A stretch of 64,000 nt of DNA from a virus (lineage: Duplodnaviria; Caudoviricetes), in IMG/VR virus record IMGVR_UViG_3300025875_000014, positions 3,840 through 67,839 of that record, one strand, 5' to 3'. Below the pieces are notes generated by a model. It ran no database searches, had not been told where the DNA came from, and saw nothing but the letters and a program-made list of their open reading frames with translations. Position numbers and translations under genes: made by a program. Below are positions 62,296 through 64,000 of this stretch, one piece after another. Position 1 is the first letter of the stretch; the number at the start of each line of letters is the position of its first letter.

Positions 62296-63024
62296 CTGAC
62301 GTTCAGTGCGTTCCAGTTCAACGCGCGCTGGCCGGGGTTCTCGAGCACACCCGCGTCCCCGTCGTGGGCGGTCCGTATGCCGATGCTGGTCGCTCGGGCG
62401 AAGGCATCCAAGGCGTCGGTCCTGATCGTGCAGGAGTTGGGCGCAGACCAGGCGCCCGGCTTCTTCGCCGCGATGGGCTCCGACTGGCACTACGACCGAG
62501 CCGGTCTGAACGTCGTCGGCTGGGACACGCGGCAGTGGACGTGGCAGGCGAGCAACCCGCTGGACTTGTCCTCGTTCGGGCAGATGCAGCGGACCCTGAT
62601 CGCGGTGACCTTACAAGAGTTAGAAGGGTTTAGCGGATCCGACAAAAACGGGTCAAGACTCGGCCGGTTCGCCAGCACCCACCTTGCTGCAGCAGCCTCT
62701 GACCTGACGGAAGCCAGAGCCATCGTGGCAAGGGCTACGCAAGCCGCTGAGGTCGCAGGAGCACTCGCCCTAGCTCCAGTACCCACCCTGCTCGGCGCCG
62801 ACTGGAACAGCCGCGCAGCTACCGACAGTGGACCCTCAGCCCCCCGCACCATCCTCGGTGCGCTCGGCTGGACGTTCGACTCAACCCCGCTCGCCGCCGA
62901 TGCCAAGAAGGGCATCGACGGGACCGCCGCCAACTACGGCATGGGCATCACCAGCAGCCAGGTCGTCGACCTCGGCACAGCATCCGACCACGACGGCCGC
63001 CTGGTCGTCGCCACCACCCAGTAG
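62296..63024 (+). CDS. EEP-superfamily phosphodiesterase in the lysis cassette
   Basis: TFSAFQFNAR...W..R...IVQEL, STH, GADWNS, IDG, SDH; first ATG (62377) lies inside the domain. Confidence 0.75.
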   Translation: MTFSAFQFNARWPGFSSTPASPSWAVRMPMLVARAKASKASVLIVQELGADQAPGFFAAMGSDWHYDRAGLNVVGWDTRQWTWQASNPLDLSSFGQMQRTLIAVTLQELEGFSGSDKNGSRLGRFASTHLAAAASDLTEARAIVARATQAAEVAGALALAPVPTLLGADWNSRAATDSGPSAPRTILGALGWTFDSTPLAADAKKGIDGTAANYGMGITSSQVVDLGTASDHDGRLVVATTQ

Positions 63025-63031
63025 GAGCACC

Positions 63032-63283
63032 ATGTCCGACCCCACCACGTACCCCGAGCCCGTCTCGACCGACCCCACGCGAGTCAGTCCTAAGGTGGTG
63101 ATCAGCACCGTGCTCGCGCTGATCGTCCCCGGCGTCATCGCTGGCCTGTCCTACATCCAGGACAACTTCGCCGTCCTCGGGATCGATAACCCGATCCTCG
63201 GTACCGCTGTGCTGGCTCTGATCCCCGGCCTGCTCGTCTTCTTCGGCGGCTACCTCAAGCGGGACCCCGCCCGCAACGGCTAA
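63032..63283 (+). CDS. holin
   Basis: AGGAG RBS; VSPKV, two TMs, GYLKRDP C-terminus; follows endolysin. Confidence 0.8.
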   Translation: MSDPTTYPEPVSTDPTRVSPKVVISTVLALIVPGVIAGLSYIQDNFAVLGIDNPILGTAVLALIPGLLVFFGGYLKRDPARNG

Positions 63284-63383
63284 CCTCCGACACCCCGCCT
63301 GTCGCTCATCCCGGCAGGAGGGGTCACACTTCCGCCCCAACTCTCGCCGCGATCCGGCTGAGGGTTGGGGCGGTTTCGTACGT

Positions 63384-63557
63384 CTATCGGTAGACCACCG
63401 AGATCGTAATCGGCTGCCGAACAGTCCACAGCGCGAGGCCGACAAGAGCGGCCACCATAAGGGTCAGGGCAAACCGCGTTACGGGCCAAGACGTTGGCGT
63501 TCCGAGACGCAGGGTAGCGAACACAATCGCCGCGAGGACGAGGACGAGGGCGTTCAC
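63384..63557 (-). CDS. small 2-TM membrane protein
   Basis: VNALVLVLAAIVF...LMVAALVGLALW; GTGA-coupled; not in ORF track. Confidence 0.55.
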   Translation of the reverse strand: MNALVLVLAAIVFATLRLGTPTSWPVTRFALTLMVAALVGLALWTVRQPITISVVYR

Positions 63558-63748
63558 TGCCCAGACCCAACAGGGATGTCGCGCAGCAGATTGAGCACGT
63601 CGATGTAGGCGCCGCTCAGTTCCTTATGGATCGTCCGCTGCGTTCGGGTGACGCCATCGGCCTTCATAGCTGCGGTCTCTTCGTGTGCCCAGGCATCCAC
63701 CAGTGCGATCACTTGGGGGAGAGTCAACGGCAGTCGAAACTCAGCCAT
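63554..63748 (-). CDS. hypothetical protein
   Basis: ATG at 63748 overlapping the upstream gene. Confidence 0.55.
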   Translation of the reverse strand: MAEFRLPLTLPQVIALVDAWAHEETAAMKADGVTRTQRTIHKELSGAYIDVLNLLRDIPVGSGQ

Positions 63749-63941
63749 CGGTTGAGGTCCAGAGTTCCATAGCAGTATCCATGGCGTCGGCGGGATGACA
63801 GAACCCGTCGCGCCACAAGAGTTCTGCAAGTGCGATAGTGCGTGGCCTCAACAGGCCTTCTAGGCGAGTGGCGGCGTCAACCTCACCTTCTCCGGTGGCG
63901 CGTTGGCGATTCGCGACTAGATCCCTACGCGAAACGATCAT
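63741..63941 (-). CDS. hypothetical protein
   Basis: TGATG-coupled. Confidence 0.5.
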   Translation of the reverse strand: MIVSRRDLVANRQRATGEGEVDAATRLEGLLRPRTIALAELLWRDGFCHPADAMDTAMELWTSTDG

Positions 63942-64000
63942 CAGAGGTCACCCGACATATCCATGCCGACCAGCCAGCCGACGACGCATCCGAGCACCAA
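63941..64000 (-). CDS. partial membrane protein (5' end outside window)
   Basis: LVLGCVVGWLVGMDMSGDL-stop. Confidence 0.4.
   Translation of the reverse strand: MVLGCVVGWLVGMDMSGDL

Noticed and set aside
1-64000. CRISPR array, tRNA/rRNA genes, DGR or retron
   Set aside because: No regularly spaced repeat-spacer units, cloverleafs or reverse transcriptase seen by eye; the paralogue repeats are coding and irregular. tRNAscan was not run.
63941-64000. Window ends joining as a circle
   Set aside because: Joining end to start does not give an in-frame start for the partial membrane ORF, so sequence probably continues beyond the window.

Overview
The window is most or all of the genome of a high-GC, long-tailed (siphovirus-like) phage of an actinobacterial host. 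It encodes a WhiB regulator and has many leaderless-type promoters. Layout: (i) 1-10.4 kb accessory and control region with three small RHH/HTH regulators, a secreted GH113-like glycosidase, a SpoU RNA methyltransferase, an SGNH esterase, a small serine recombinase, a C5 DNA methyltransferase and a stand-alone secreted-peptide ORF; (ii) 10.5-23.7 kb early/replication operon with HNHs, YqaJ exonuclease, RusA, WhiB, an initiator containing iterons, DnaB and two families of shuffled paralogues; (iii) 23.9-30.8 kb fibre/appendage module upstream of terminase that ends in an alginate-lyase-like protein; (iv) 31-57.9 kb terminase, head and tail genes, including a GGGAAAA chaperone frameshift, an EEP-phosphodiesterase/Gp37 fusion bracketed by two antisense DUF6221-like genes, a beta-helix spike, and a lyase-Fn3-GH6 cellulase multidomain protein; (v) 57.9-64 kb lysis region with a thermonuclease, a papain-like protease, a GH19+M15-like endolysin and a holin. 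The most notable features are the large virion/secreted polysaccharide-degrading arsenal, an EEP domain reachable only by a +1 shift from the endolysin (or a CTG start), repeated paralogue-plus-regulator cassettes, and a Phr/AimP-like secreted peptide. All family calls come from motif recognition by eye; no database searches were run.
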